64,000 nucleotides of DNA from Octopus vulgaris (taxonomy: Eukaryota): assembly GCA_951406725.2 (NCBI GenBank), contig OX597815.1, forward strand, positions 125,612,001 to 125,676,000, given 5' to 3'. Within the stretch, counting starts at the first letter, position 1. The number at the start of each line of letters is the position of its first letter. Under the pieces are notes generated by a model. The model worked only from the letters and a program-made list of their open reading frames with translations. It searched no databases and was not told where the DNA came from. A program made the translations under genes and the position numbers. Positions 42,994 through 56,410 of this stretch are shown here, piece by piece.

Positions 42994-43832
42994 CACACAC
43001 ACACAATGCATACATGAATATATATATATGTGCGCACGTGTGTGTGTCTGTGTGGGTATATATGTATATGTGTGTGCGTGTGAGATAAAACTTTCTATAC
43101 TTTTCTTTTCAAAATATCTTGTAATGGCTGTAATATACTGTTTCCGAACAAAAACGACAATGAAATGTCTGATACTCTTTGTTTATTCACTCACACTTTC
43201 ACACTCTACTTATCGTTTTAGCAACCTCTTATTTCAGAACTGTTCTATTTGTGTGTCCACGAGCAAACACATGCCAATTAATTTGCATGGATTGTTGTTG
43301 TTGCTGTTGCATTTGTTGATGTTTATGTTTTGTTTTCGATACTCGACCCCATGACATTTTGTGCCTTATTTTCGTAATGTTCCGTCGCCATTGTCTTTAT
43401 AGCAAAATAGGTAAATAAATAGGATGTCTTACAAAATAAATAGGAATCCATGATATGAATTAGTTATGATAGTGATAATAATAATCCTTTCTACTATAGG
43501 CACAGGGCCTGAAATTTTATAGGGGATGGGGACAGTCGATTGCATCATCGCAGTGCATAGTTGATACTTTTTTTATCAATTCCGAAATGATGAAAGGTAA
43601 AGTCAAGCCTGGTATTCATACACGGAACAATACATGTACTGAGGAAAGTGTTGCGTCTCTAAGCTTCGCGAAGGAGTTGAGACATGACATAGATGTCCAC
43701 AGAGAGATGAATAGCAAAAAAGTCAATCTTCCGGGGCCCATAAAATATAGCTTCAGTCAAGTACTGGAATTAATGACAATGGTTATCATGATGTAGATGA
43801 TGATAACAGTAACAATCATCATACAGTTCTAT

Positions 43833-43884
43833 TGTCTTCGGGGAAATTTAGAATCTGGCTTCTCATTCCTAAGGTATTTTTCGA

Positions 43885-43951
<67 letters not shown>

Positions 43952-44024
43952 GTTCAGGTCACTGCTTGGAATCGAACTCAGGATCTTGGGGTTAGTAGCC
44001 CGCGGTATTAACCACTATACCCAT
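43833..44024 (-). mobile_element. tRNA-headed SINE (family D), left arm of a head-to-head pair
   Basis: Reverse complement of 44031-44194; B-box gagttcgattcc; internal (AAT)n. Confidence 0.85.
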
Positions 44025-44030
44025 AAGCAT

Positions 44031-44108
44031 ATGGCATAGTAGTTAAGAGTGCGGGCTACAAACCCCAAGATTCCGAGTTCAATTCCAAGCAGTGACCTGA
44101 ACACTAAC

Positions 44109-44164
<56 letters not shown>

Positions 44165-44280
44165 CAACATCGAAAAATACCTTAGGAATGAGAACACAGC
44201 CGAAACGTTGTGTTAACAACAAACAAGATGAGGACAAATATCTGTCAAATGTAAATAATGTAAATAATGTAAATAATGAA
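44031..44280 (+). mobile_element. tRNA-headed SINE (family D), right arm, with hammerhead 3' half and (aatgtaaat)3 tail
   Basis: A-box-like tggcatagtagtt, B-box gagttcaattcc 44075-44086, (AAT)n, then aacac-agcc-GAAACGTT-gtgtt. Confidence 0.8.
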
Positions 44281-45392
44281 CAATCATCATTATTATTTTT
44301 GTTGTTGTAGTAGTAGTAGTAGTAGTATTTTCTATTTGTATGTTACATACGATTACCGTAGACTGGAGAGAAAGATAGCCCGTGGAAACGGATGTCTATT
44401 ACAAATGATACTTTTTTCTTTGCTAACAATCTTTGAACTTGATTTCATGACTGAATCCTCTCAATAAAGAGACAAGTTACTGACAACGAGTCATTTGTAT
44501 GGCTTGACTATCATTCCTTGTTTAAACACATTCGATATACTTCATTTTGCACCGCCAATGTGATTTGGGAGAGCCATTCACGCCATGTAACCCGTTTCCT
44601 TTTCTTCTATGATTCTTATTTATTTGCAAGGCAGAATTTATTGTCTTAGCATCAAAGGTGTGCTACTGTGTAGCTGATCCTAAGACCTCATTTCAAATCT
44701 CATTTAAAGCTGTTTCACTTCAGTTACGCAGCTAATATGTAAGCATGTGTTCTAATCATTAGGGGTGCTGGGCTCACGATCGTAAAGTCACGGATTCGAA
44801 TCTCAGACCTGGTTGTACGTTTTTCCTTAAGCTTGGATTTCATTTCATGTTTCTCCAGTCTACTTAGCTGAAATGAGCACCAGCAGTTTCTGGGGGTGGG
44901 ATTTGTAGAATTAATCAACTTTACGATGTACTGGACTCTTGTGCAGGTGCAAGGATTTTGTACTTTTAGTTGCTTATACACACCAGAAACCGGAAAAAGC
45001 TCCATCTTAATGAGGCTGTTCAAGACAGTTAAAAATTAATCCATGTTGCTGATAACATTTGAAAAATTAAAAAAAAGTTTAAACACATTACAACTTTTTT
45101 ATTTTGAAACATGTTAATTGTAGCTATCTTCCCTCCGAGATTAGCGAAATATATTCTAATACTATATTGGAAGTGATCGCATATATTTTTCCAATCTGCT
45201 TAACAACTTAGACCTACTCCTATATATAACGAATGAAAGCTAATATCAAAGACTTTACATTGGGTGTCAATAAACAAGAGGTAAGCAACCAGTTAATAAA
45301 GTTCACGACCCAATTTTTTCTTCCGATAAAAGCCAATTCGTTTCACTTATGGAAAAGTATCAACATTACAAAGTCCAAGTATGAGTGTGTGT

Positions 45393-45431
<39 letters not shown>

Positions 45432-45641
45432 TGAATATAATTTATGCACGTCCACAAATTAGCACGCATGTCGCTCTAATTTTAGGAGGACATTCGTCAC
45501 GATCCTAGCTGTATTTCCGTCAAATTATTTTCTCCGAGGCACCTGCGGGTAGCGGTAAAAATCGATTTTCAACCTTAACTTTTACCAATTTTGAAGCTTG
45601 CTAACATGAGTTAAGTCCCTTCTTGCCATAGGGAAGTGAAA

Positions 45642-45724
<83 letters not shown>

Positions 45725-46423
45725 TTGTGTTGATGTATGTTTGTGTGTGAGGGAGAGAGAAGTTGTGTGTTGATGTATGTGTGTGTGTGATGGAGAGAGA
45801 TTGACAGCGTTCACCAAAAATAAATATGTCATTTTTTTTCTTAAACACGAGATATAGTTTTCAAATTTAGGATGTTTTTGAAAGACACTATATCTTATAA
45901 TCAGATTATATATACTTTCTCACACAATAATTTTAAAATCATTTATTTATATTAAATCATTCATCTTTCTCCCTACCTTTCTCTCACACACACATTACTT
46001 TGAGCGCGAAAGAGCTTTGTTTTTATTTTACGCCTATGAAAAAAGTGTTTTGTTGAGAATCCATTTACTTAATAAAACAGAAAGAAAGAGGTAAATAACA
46101 ATTTATCAGTGAATTATACAATGTAAATGGGTAAAATTTCCGAGGCTTCACCACACCCCACCCCGTTTTTCGGACAACAAAAAGGGTTTTGTAGCATATT
46201 AGAGGCCAAGGTAGTTGATTCCATGCAAAATATCCGATTTCTTTTCGTAGTGAAAATCGTGCAAGTGTTAATCTAAAAAATTACCACCCTTTTTTCCATT
46301 CATTTCTGTTTATGAAATTCTCTGTACGTAATTTTGCTTTCTCGGTGATCAAGGCAAATGATAACTGGCAAAGCAACAGTATCCTAATGCTGACATTGGA
46401 TACAATGACCTGGTCTACAATAA

Positions 46424-47471
46424 TTTCCGGGAGGTAGGACGGCACACTCGGCATTCAAGCTGCCTTTACATTTGGTGAAGGCTGAGGTTCTTACTTGCAA
46501 CAGTGGCAAAAATTCAGAGGAAGCTGAAATTCTTAGACAGTGCCGTCTCATTGTATGGGACGAATGCACAATGACAAATAAGGGTGCCCTTGAGGCACTG
46601 GACCGGTCACTGAAAGGTATTAGGAATTCTACAGTTTCTATGGGTGGTGTAACTCTATTACTTTCAGGAGATTTCCGGCAAACCCTTCCTCTCATCCCTA
46701 AAGGGAGCCGGGCTGATGAAGTGCATGCATGCCTTAAGTCATCCACGTTGTGGCTCTAGGTTAAGACCTTAAGCCTTAGCACAAATATGCGTGTGCACTT
46801 GTTTGGTGATAGCACGTCTGTAGCATTTGCTGAAGACATTTTAACTCTTGGAGAAGGCAAGGTCCGTAGGAATGATAGGGGCGACATATCCATCTCTGAA
46901 CTGTGCAACACCGTGGACAACCCTTCCGATCTTTTGGAAACAGTGTTTCCCAATCTGGAAAGTAATTGTGCATACATCAATTGGCTCAGTGAAAGAACCA
47001 TCCTGGCCCCCAAAACGTAGCTGTCAGTGCTATCAACGACCAGTTCCTAAGCCGAATTCCGGGTGAGGAGCGCATCTACAAATCGATTGATCGGATCTCT
47101 GACCGCCAAGACATTATCAATTACCTTATCGAGATTCTCAACTCCTTGGAGCCAACAGGGCTTCCACCTCATATTCTTAGGCAAAGGATTGGATGCCCAA
47201 TTATGCTAATCAGAAACTTGCTTCCGCCTAAGCAGTGCAATGAGACCCGCTTAGTAATCAAGTCCCAGACGCCCCACTTGATTGAAGTCACCATTGTTAC
47301 AGGGTGCGGGAGGGGTAAAATGTTTTCATTTCAAGGATGCAGATTTATCCCTCGGGGTCAGACATGCTGTTTAACTTCCGCAGATCGTAGTTTCCGGAGA
47401 GACCACGCCTCGCCATGTCCATCAACAAATCTCAAGACCTAACACTAGCAGTGGCAGGCATCCATCTAGGT
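46424..47471 (+). pseudogene. Helitron RepHel PIF1-family helicase fragment with stops and frameshifts
   Basis: PGGRTAHSAFKLP, IVWDECTM, LLSGDFRQTLP, LSTNMRV, ILAPK, GLPPHIL, PIMLIRNL and MSINKSQ motifs. Confidence 0.95.
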
Positions 47472-47493
47472 TTTCCATTCAATCAGGATAAAA

Positions 47494-47795
47494 AATTGAT
47501 AAACCAATTCCTTATAGGATTTCCCACTAAAATTGGCTACAACCCATTTTCAACCATAACTTTTACCAATTTTGTCACATTTTGCTCAAACTTGATGCCA
47601 ACATTACTTAGGACTCATGGGATCTTTGACTGCTTTAAGTTCTCAAAACAAAACACCAAAAAATAAAAACAATCGATGAATGGAAATAATTGATAAACCA
47701 ATTCCTTATAGGATTTCCCAATCAAATTGTCTGCAACCCATTTTCAGCCAAACGTTTACCAATTTCAACGGATTTCGCTCAAATTTGATGTCGGT
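47494..47795. repeat. Direct repeat of about 105 bp with 194-bp spacing inside the Helitron
   Basis: aattgataaaccaattccttataggatttccca at 47494 and 47688. Confidence 0.85.
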
Positions 47796-48249
47796 GTCAC
47801 ATATTTTGGTCTGAAATAAAGCGCTTGATCGCTTAATAATCCTAACTTAACCCCGGGCAACGCCGGGCTATACTTCTAGTACATTGATAAAATCATAGGT
47901 AATTTGTACCGTAAATATGAACTATATATATAGGTAAATACGCCCTTTCCACCAGTTGAACCCAAAAGACCCTAAAGAGGATAAATTACTGGGTTTGTTG
48001 TTATTTAGTCGCAGATGTACCTGATCAAACAAATCTATGATTACAGACATTGCAGATGATACCATCTCATCTTTTCCTGATCTACAAGAAGTGTCTTACT
48101 TAATGATGGTTTCGTAAGGTTTGACGGAGATTGTTTTTACCTTCCTTCGTTAGGTGATCTATTTCTTAACATGAGATGGAAAATGTTATCACTATAATTT
48201 TCATTAAGTTTTAAATAAATTCATTCAATACTAAATATTAGTTTAAACT

Positions 48250-48400
48250 TTTAGCACAAGGCCAACAATTTCGAGGCGGCAAGTGGATTAGGCCAATCCA
48301 GTGCTTTATCGACCCTGAAAGAATGAAAGGCAAAGTTGAACGCGGCGGAATTTGAACGTATAACGTAAAGACGAAGGATATGCCGCTAAGGTATTTGGTA
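48250..48400 (-). mobile_element. SINE family B, diverged
   Basis: atcgaccctgaaagaatgaaaggcaaagttga block. Confidence 0.72.
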
Positions 48401-50849
48401 GCAAAGTAATGTTTTGGCCAAATTTCAACACATCCTACAAATGCAGTATCTCTCTGTCACGAGTTTAAATCTAGTCGAAACAGAATTTTTATCTATCATA
48501 CAAATTTGGGGGTTAATTAAAACTAGTAATCTGATAGAGTGATTTGATTGTTATAATTTTTTCTAAAAAACAAAGCTTTTTTTTCCGAAACCAAAAGAAG
48601 ATTATTTTTGCATGACATAGTTCGACCATGAAGCATTTTGTTCACTTACGTCAATGCGTCTGCAACACAAGAATTTTACATCATTTGAGTTTAAACTGAA
48701 GATTTAAGAATGTGTGAGTAAATACGAATGTGCGCGGGTAGAATTTACTTTGCTTGTAAAGGAATATTAGTGAATCGAAGGTGAAGTTTCGAATGCTCTC
48801 TAAATGTATAGCAGTACTGAGTTTAGTTTTATTACTTCCTGAGTTTAGATCCCTATAAGATCGACTTTACTTCTCATTCTTTCAAGGTCGATAAATAAGA
48901 ATAAGAGTAACAGGTTTGTGGTGGGGGCGACCGCCTCATATTTGTGATTTTGTGTCAACGCAATAAATCAATTGTAAATTCTAATTCTACAATTCATATC
49001 CGTAGTTTCTAATCTTAGTGAAAAAAAAAAAATGTAAAAGAAAGCGAATCTTTAAGCGTGTCATCTATCAAACGGTGAATATAATACAGCATCTCATTTA
49101 TTCCCGATCTTGCAATTTAAACTCCCCTATTGATTTCTCAAGGTCAAACATATATAAAAGAAGAGTAGAGTTAATCGAATACGATCCACTATATCATTCA
49201 TATATTTTTTTTATTGAACGCAAGATAAAGCGGGGGCGGTAAAGAAGCAAAAGGTGACCTTAATTGCATTTTAACTGAAAATATAAAGAGATAGAACTAA
49301 ATACTGGAACAAATTTTACCCGGAATCTCTGATATTTTTGTCATCTATCAACACTGCTGAATGATCACATTTTAATATGTTATAATTAAACAATAAGTGA
49401 TTTTCTGTTCATTAATTTTATTCATGGATAAATGTCAGATGCGTGTGTTTCTGTGGAAAGATATGAACACCACAATATCCGCCCTGTACCTCCTATAAAT
49501 GTACACACCTTGTGGTTTACTAAATGAAACGATGTATTTGTTTAATAGAAAAATGGCGATGGGAGTAAACAGAATATAACCGCCTCACAGATCAGAGTTT
49601 CATGTGTTGATGGCAAGGTGACCTAGTTCCAAAATAACATAGTCCACCAGGCCAAAAATAAATACTGCAATTTATGAACAACTAGCTGCTCCGTATAGTT
49701 GAGAAGCGGTTCTAATAGATCAGACTTTTCAGAGGAATAGACGACAGCACAAAAGTATTAGAAAGATATCTAAAGAAAATATATGTAACGGAGAATCGAA
49801 CCCGGATTGGGGACTCATGTCACTAAGGCCTTACTGTTACTTCTCGGGGCTTGTAATTGCGTATGACAATTTTAACACGAGAAGTTCGTAATCAGAACCT
49901 CGACAAAACGGTCCGAATCACTTTACCGCATGTAATTATGGTCTGAAAATGGAACGGTTACCTATTGCTTTGTTGAGGATCACGTTGCAACTTGAACTCA
50001 AAGCTGTATAGCTAACAAAAATAATCGTTAGTCATACAATTTTCCCATTATTTTCAAGGGTATTCCATGTTTTTCTAAGATACAAAGAACGCTGATCGAA
50101 CGATTAAAGACAATATAGAAACAATGGGAGTGTAAATAGTACCTACTAGTTCGGGTAACTAGTTTAGTAGCCTATATCTGCTCTAAGAAGATTAACTAGA
50201 GGCTACACAACAACATCGACAAAACAAAAAAATGTTTTGTAGGGTCCATGGAAGTATTAACTTACACTAAATGTGATAGGAAAAGTGAAAGTTGATGCAA
50301 TGACCAGATTAGATAGATGTAGAATGCAGCCGTGTAAAGGATTTATGAATATAAGCTCATAGGTTCAAGTCTAGTGACGCATTTTGCCCTTGAGCCCCCT
50401 CCACCAAAATAATGAAAAAAGAAGCACGTTGCTTCTTTTTACTCTGTTATTATGAGTACTAGCAGAATGCCAGCCTTCTCTCCCTCTAGCTGTCATACCC
50501 TAGGGACAACAAGATATCTATATGTGCTCGTGGCTACATAAACGTCTACAAAAATTAAAGAAAGCGTGGTACATGTTACCAGGTCATATTTGCTTGTGAG
50601 CGACAGCAATGCTGCTGATTATGAATGAAATAAAGTCATAATACTAGGTTTCACTCTCATGATTTATACAATATTACATCATATACTAAACTCGTTGCTG
50701 TGGTTTTACATATTTTAACTTTATTTAACGAGTGTACATAGTTAAGTCACACTATGCAGTCGACTAATTTCTCATCCTTTCTGCTTGTTTCACACGAGCA
50801 ATCACGACTACACACATCTTTAATTCATCACCATCCTTTTGGCATCGCT

Positions 50850-51450
50850 TTCATGGACTATGAATTATGGTTAAATATCAAAATAGAAGCTCTATCTCAG
50901 CCATTCTTTGTGTCGAAACACCAAGAAAGAATCAAAGTCAATGGTAAAAATTTGCAAGCTGTACAAGAGTTTATGTGTCATGGGATTCAATATCGACGGT
51001 CAGCCGTATTGATGCTGAGCTTCAAAGCAGGATGATAAAGCGTAAGTATGACAGCCGGACGACTTAAACGTTGGAGTAATGATCATGTTACCATAAGAAT
51101 GAAGTGCAATGTCTGCGGAGTAGTCGTCATATCTACTCTTTTGCATGGTACCTAAACAAAAGCAATGTATAGGAGCCAGGTGAAGAAATTGTATACCTCC
51201 ATGATAAAACATCTGCGCTCAGTTATGAAAATCGCCAGCTGTAAAATGTATATCAGGATGAGCAAGATTGTCAAGTATAGATCCCATGGCAAAAAACATA
51301 CAACAGCTAGATGATAATATCCGAATGTTAACTGAAAATCTGACCTAACATTTCATGTAATTACAACTACATGAAGGACAAAGGAAAGTGGTGAACCTCA
51401 CTTACCTTGTAAGAACACTATAAAGAGGAAGATGAAAAAATAAAACAAAA
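50850..51450 (+). mobile_element. Degraded RTE-clade LINE C-terminus
   Basis: IKVNGKNLQAVQEF..G (IxxxxLExVxxFxYLGS-like) and GEPHLPCKNTIKRKMK (GRPxLRYKDxxKRDMK-like). Confidence 0.55.
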
Positions 51451-51479
51451 GAAGATGCAATATGATCTTAATGCAGGGG

Positions 51480-52085
51480 TTCTCAAATTGAAAACTACCA
51501 GTCTTCATCTTTACCAAAATTTTGAAATTTATATCCCACATCTTAAAAGTGTTAAATAGCAAAAATCTGCTGCCAAAAATGGTGCTTGGCGTCTCGCAGG
51601 CAGGATTCCATTTGTTCGAGCAACTCAAACAAGGGAGTTGAAAAGAAGGAAACAGGGTGTGAGAAAAGCTATTGAAACGGCGAAGACTATTCTGAAAGCG
51701 AATGACAAAATTGGTATGGTGCAGTAAATAAGGTCTGGAATGGGATGATACGGACAAATACATACCAAGTCAAAGTAACAAAAGAAGGTGAGATGTTGTA
51801 ATCAGAGAAATTTAACATACTTTAGAAGGAGGAAGTGTAATTAAAGTATATTTTTGGCATGACAGACAAAACAGATAGATCAAAACGATGCATCATAGTA
51901 GAAACATGGCTTGGGAATATGAGTGTTTCCTTCAAATCTAACGATACCTTACAATCAGTAGCGCCATTCAAAAAATGGGGCTCAGATTTCCTTCGTTTAT
52001 GGTCTATTGTTGTTCTCTCACACTCCTTATGGAAAACGGTAGGAATTTTATTGTTGCTGTATTGCTGTTTTATTGTATCGGACAA
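51480..52085. mobile_element. Hero-like (RLE) non-LTR relic in two oppositely oriented pieces
   Basis: Plus strand: VRKAIETAKTILKANDKIGMVQ*IRSGMG. Minus strand: ATDCKVSLDLKETLIFPSHVSTMMHRFDLSVLS (DW...DL..QL.FP..I....RPD-like). Confidence 0.55.
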
Positions 52086-52119
52086 AAATACTAAAGATGC
52101 GGTTATATTGGTTTCAAAT

Positions 52120-52325
52120 TATGGCACAAGGCCAGCAATTTCGGGGAAGGCGGAAGATAAGTCGATTGCATCGACCACAGTGCTCAACTGGTACTTATTT
52201 ATCGACTCCTAAAGGTTGAAGGTAAAGTCGATACCGGCAGAATTTGAAGTCAGAATGTAGAGACTGACGGAAAGCTGGTAAAGATTTTGCCTGGCATGGT
52301 AAAGATTCTATTTGCTCGCCGTCTT
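52120..52325 (-). mobile_element. SINE family B
   Basis: ggcacaaggccagcaatttcggg..ctggtacttatttatcgac..aaagtcga block. Confidence 0.78.
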
Positions 52326-53187
52326 AAGATTTGGTTATAGTGACAAACACTACAAAGGATGACTTTCTTACTGCCAGAACTTGCAGCAACAATATATAGC
52401 TTCTGTTCCGATGATAATGTTTCAGCATGGATATGACAGACGCCATATCCATGGTAGAAGGGTCAAAACTGCAAGGAAATGGCAAATACTCAATGGCAAA
52501 AAAAAAGAGTAAAACAAAATAGTTGTTGAATGATTGTCGTGGTTACAACTTCGCGTAGTATAGTGTCGTGGCTGCAAAGGCAAAATTTTAAAAAGCTTGC
52601 TATTGTGTAAGCCTAAAGAACCCATGAATTGCAACGTAGCATTAAGTCTGTCAGTATCTCTAGAGAGAAAATTACTGTCGGAAAGGATCGAAATCCTTAG
52701 TTGAGAGCTGATGATGGAAACGTCTCATATGCAAGCTATGTGTGCATAGATGAGTGCAATCTATGTGTGCATAGATGAGTGGATGGATGTACATAACACT
52801 CACACCCATATTTATATCAGAGATAAAAAGAAAGCTTGGCAAATGAATAAAGAAAAAGAATGGATGAAAATATACAGAAAGAGAAATAAGAAAGAATGGA
52901 AGAAAAGGAGAGATAAAGAAAGTAAATATAGCCCTTTCTGTCATATCTTTTTCTTCTTTTTTCCCTTTATATTTTAGATGAAAGCGACGTCAATTTATCT
53001 GTCTGGGTTCCGTTTATTTTCATGTTGAGGAATATTCTCGCACGGAAAACAATCAACAAGTTGTGAGTTGGCAAAGGAGGGTCGTGTCGGATAATAACGA
53101 GAATCGCGATAATTTTGTCTATGAAAAGACCGAACAAACGAGTGAGATGAAAAAATGTGTGTATGTATGGGAGGAAGATAGATAAAA

Positions 53188-53240
<53 letters not shown>

Positions 53241-54224
53241 AAGAGAGAGAATAAAATATTCAAAATAGTTTGTGTGACATAGCTCTTGAGGATTTTGGGG
53301 CGTTGAGATTGTTAGATAGATAGTTATGTACAAATAAAGAATATTTCTCTATCATTCACGTGATTTCTTATGTCCTTTTACAGTTTCATCCAGTAGAATA
53401 GTTTAGAATAATTTCTATTTTCTTTTGGTTGTAGAGGTAATTATTTATTGTTCAATGTAGAATAGAGACTGATGGTTCGAATCTAATTAAGTTCTAAAGT
53501 GCAATATTCTTTATTGAATTTATAAAAAAGATTTTTCTCTCTAAGTTTCTAGATTATATTTTCTACGTCAATTTTCGACCTAAGACAGAGACGCAATCTA
53601 AATTTTGTGAAAAGTATGCCGTATTTTTGCTCCTTGATTCTACTGTCTGTAGATATAGTTCTATCTCATCGGTGTAGCTCATGGTTAATTACATTTATAC
53701 TACTAGGAAATTGTACACAAAGTTATGCATAAAACATGAATGTTCATGGAAAAGGAAACGCAATTCAGAATTGTACAAAGTTGGACGAACTCATTAACAT
53801 GGAAATATTTTTTACCGAGTAAGTTAAATTAATCAAAATAAAGCACCTTTTGTGCATTTTGAAAAAAGAAAAACTGCTTCACAACAGATGTAAGATTCAT
53901 TCTTACAAAGCAAATGAAACAAACATAAAACCTCACCAACTTAATGAACTTCCTCGGTGACATAGAGAGTAAAATTGAGCAAGAAAAAGTGAAAGTGAAA
54001 ATGAAAGAGTTGGAAAGAGACGTTATGAAGAGTAAGAATAGTACAGAAATAATTATACACATACATACATACATGCATGTATACACACACTTACACTTAT
54101 ATGTATATATATATATATATATGAGCATATGCAACACACAAGCACGCATATACATAAATAAATATATATATATATATGCATACTCACACACAGACAAAAT
54201 ACATACATACATGTATGCATGCAC

Positions 54225-54259
<35 letters not shown>

Positions 54260-54695
54260 GATAGAAAAAGGAAAAGAGTAGTGGAGCTAGTAGCTAGGAA
54301 GATAGATTCTGGGGAAATGAAGAATAAAGAAGTACGTGAATGAGTCAATGAAAATAAGGAAGGACAATGACATGAGGTGAAATCATCAAGAATAACTGAA
54401 AGAAAACAAATGAAGAAACAAGTTGAAAATGCAATAAAGCTTGAAAGAAAATGAACACCGTCATTTTTGACAGGTACTACACTTGTATTTCTATAAGGTA
54501 TTTTAGACGTGTAAGGACTTATAATAGAAGACTAAGAGGTTTGAATGAGACACTGATGTACTATTTACGCATGTGTGTGTATATTTGTGTGTATATATAT
54601 AGTTGCATGTGTATGTATGTTTACGTTTGTGTACATACAAACATGTAAACTAAGCAACTGTTAATTCTGTCATGTGTGTATGTTTATACATGCAT

Positions 54696-54736
<41 letters not shown>

Positions 54737-55339
54737 TACACACACATGCACAAACATACACAAACATGGCTAGACGTTCAAGAATTTGGACCTGGAGCTC
54801 CATTTCCAGCGACTTCGAGGGCCACCTTCCAGTGGTGTCAGGCGTCAACGAAGAGCCCTCGAATACAACAAGACGACCAAAGTTTTTTTCCAAGGTCTGG
54901 GGTCCCCCGCCCCTAAGCCCAAGGCCATCACCAAATTACCCTTACCCGTCTTGTTGCTTAACAACAATAACAACAACAACAACAAGCATGGCTATGTCTG
55001 ATGTATGTGACTGTGTATGTAAGCATGTAAATTATAAACACACATGCAAATATATTTGGGTGTAATTGTGTGTGTGCATGTGCGTGTATGTGTGCCCACG
55101 TAGTACAATACAATCCACACAACATTCATTTTTTTTTACTTTCATACTCTGAAGAATCTGGATACAGCCGTGCTGATCTCTAGATGAAAAATCTTGCAAG
55201 TTGTAAGTAACCATAGAAATATAACTGTGTCCACGTAAGCGTGTGTATTTGTATGTATGTATGTATGTATGTATGTATGTATGTATGTATGTATGTATGT
55301 ATGTATGTATGTATGTGTGTGTGTGTGTGTGTTTATGTG

Positions 55340-55531
55340 ACCTCGTGTGTACCGTTGGCGATTTTTTCCCTCGGTCTTCCCTTCTCTGGATCCTCCCTTC
55401 CTTCTATGTTTCCGACGAAGAGCTCCGCTCGAAACGTTAAACCCCCCTTCTTTCCTGAGCGTCCAATAATACTATATTTGTTCCACGTCCTCGCGTTGTT
55501 GTGTTTTTTTGTGTTTTCTTGTTTGGATTAA

Positions 55532-55532
<1 letters not shown>
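55340..55532 (+). mobile_element. Short Penelope-like terminal element flanked by (TG)n and (TA)n
   Basis: Second partial copy at 39553-39650; carries a hammerhead motif. Confidence 0.75.
55408..55442 (+). ncRNA. Minimal type I hammerhead ribozyme motif (U4C variant)
   Basis: GTTT-CCGACGA-A-GAGC tcc GCTC-GAAA-C GTT-AAAC: stem I GUUU/AAAC, stem II GAGC/GCUC, palindromic AACGUU in place of stem III. Confidence 0.6.
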
Positions 55533-55572
<40 letters not shown>

Positions 55573-55715
55573 CACACACACACATCTATATGTATGCATA
55601 AATTTATGAATGTGTGTATGTATGTACATGTACATATTTTATACGTTGTACATACATGCCTGAATCCATACATATGTATCTCTATCTAGATATGCATATA
55701 CACACATGCTTATCC

Positions 55716-55798
<83 letters not shown>

Positions 55799-55815
55799 CA
55801 TCCATCCATCCATCC

Positions 55816-55883
<68 letters not shown>

Positions 55884-55961
55884 GTTTATCTGCCTGTTTA
55901 TTTCTCTCTATTCCTCTCCCCACTCTCACCCTGTGTGTGTGTGCATGCGTGTGCGCATGTG

Positions 55962-56013
<52 letters not shown>

Positions 56014-56374
56014 ATACATGTATAGAAGCATATATATTACATGCGTATATATAGAAAATACAGAGTCCGACAATTGGATAGAAATGTAAATAAATAATAA
56101 AAGACTGACGGAACCACAAAATGGTAAACTAGAACTGGCTAGAAAGATAGAAGAGAGGACTGATAAATATTCCGATCGATGGACGAAGGAATCGATATAT
56201 GTACACACAGACACATACATACTTACACAGACACATACATACATGCATACATACATACATACATACATACATACATACATACATACATACATACATACAT
56301 ACATACATACATACATGCAGGAAACATAACATACGTATAAACATATATCAATTTGTATGCATGTGTATTTTATA

Positions 56375-56410
<36 letters not shown>

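Larger units (their letters stand above)
45213..47879 (+). mobile_element. Helitron, internally deleted
   Basis: 3' hairpin cccgggcaacgccggg and CTAG 47876-47879 followed by T; contains a PIF1 helicase relic; the 5' boundary is approximate. Confidence 0.8.

Noticed and set aside
44031-44100. Apparent tRNA gene
   Set aside because: No acceptor-stem pairing, and it continues into SINE body; the same applies to the other SINE heads.
50266-50266. Possible 1-nt minus-strand exon (cctatcacatttag|t|gtaagtt)
   Set aside because: Such juxtapositions arise by chance in AT-rich DNA and cannot be supported without transcripts.
52702-52730. ctgatga-tg-gaaac-gtc hammerhead-like string
   Set aside because: No stem II, and stem I does not pair in register.
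54770-54960. GC-rich island with short ORFs and a 9-bp inverted repeat
   Set aside because: No splice sites or recognisable peptide; more likely a decayed DNA-transposon fragment.
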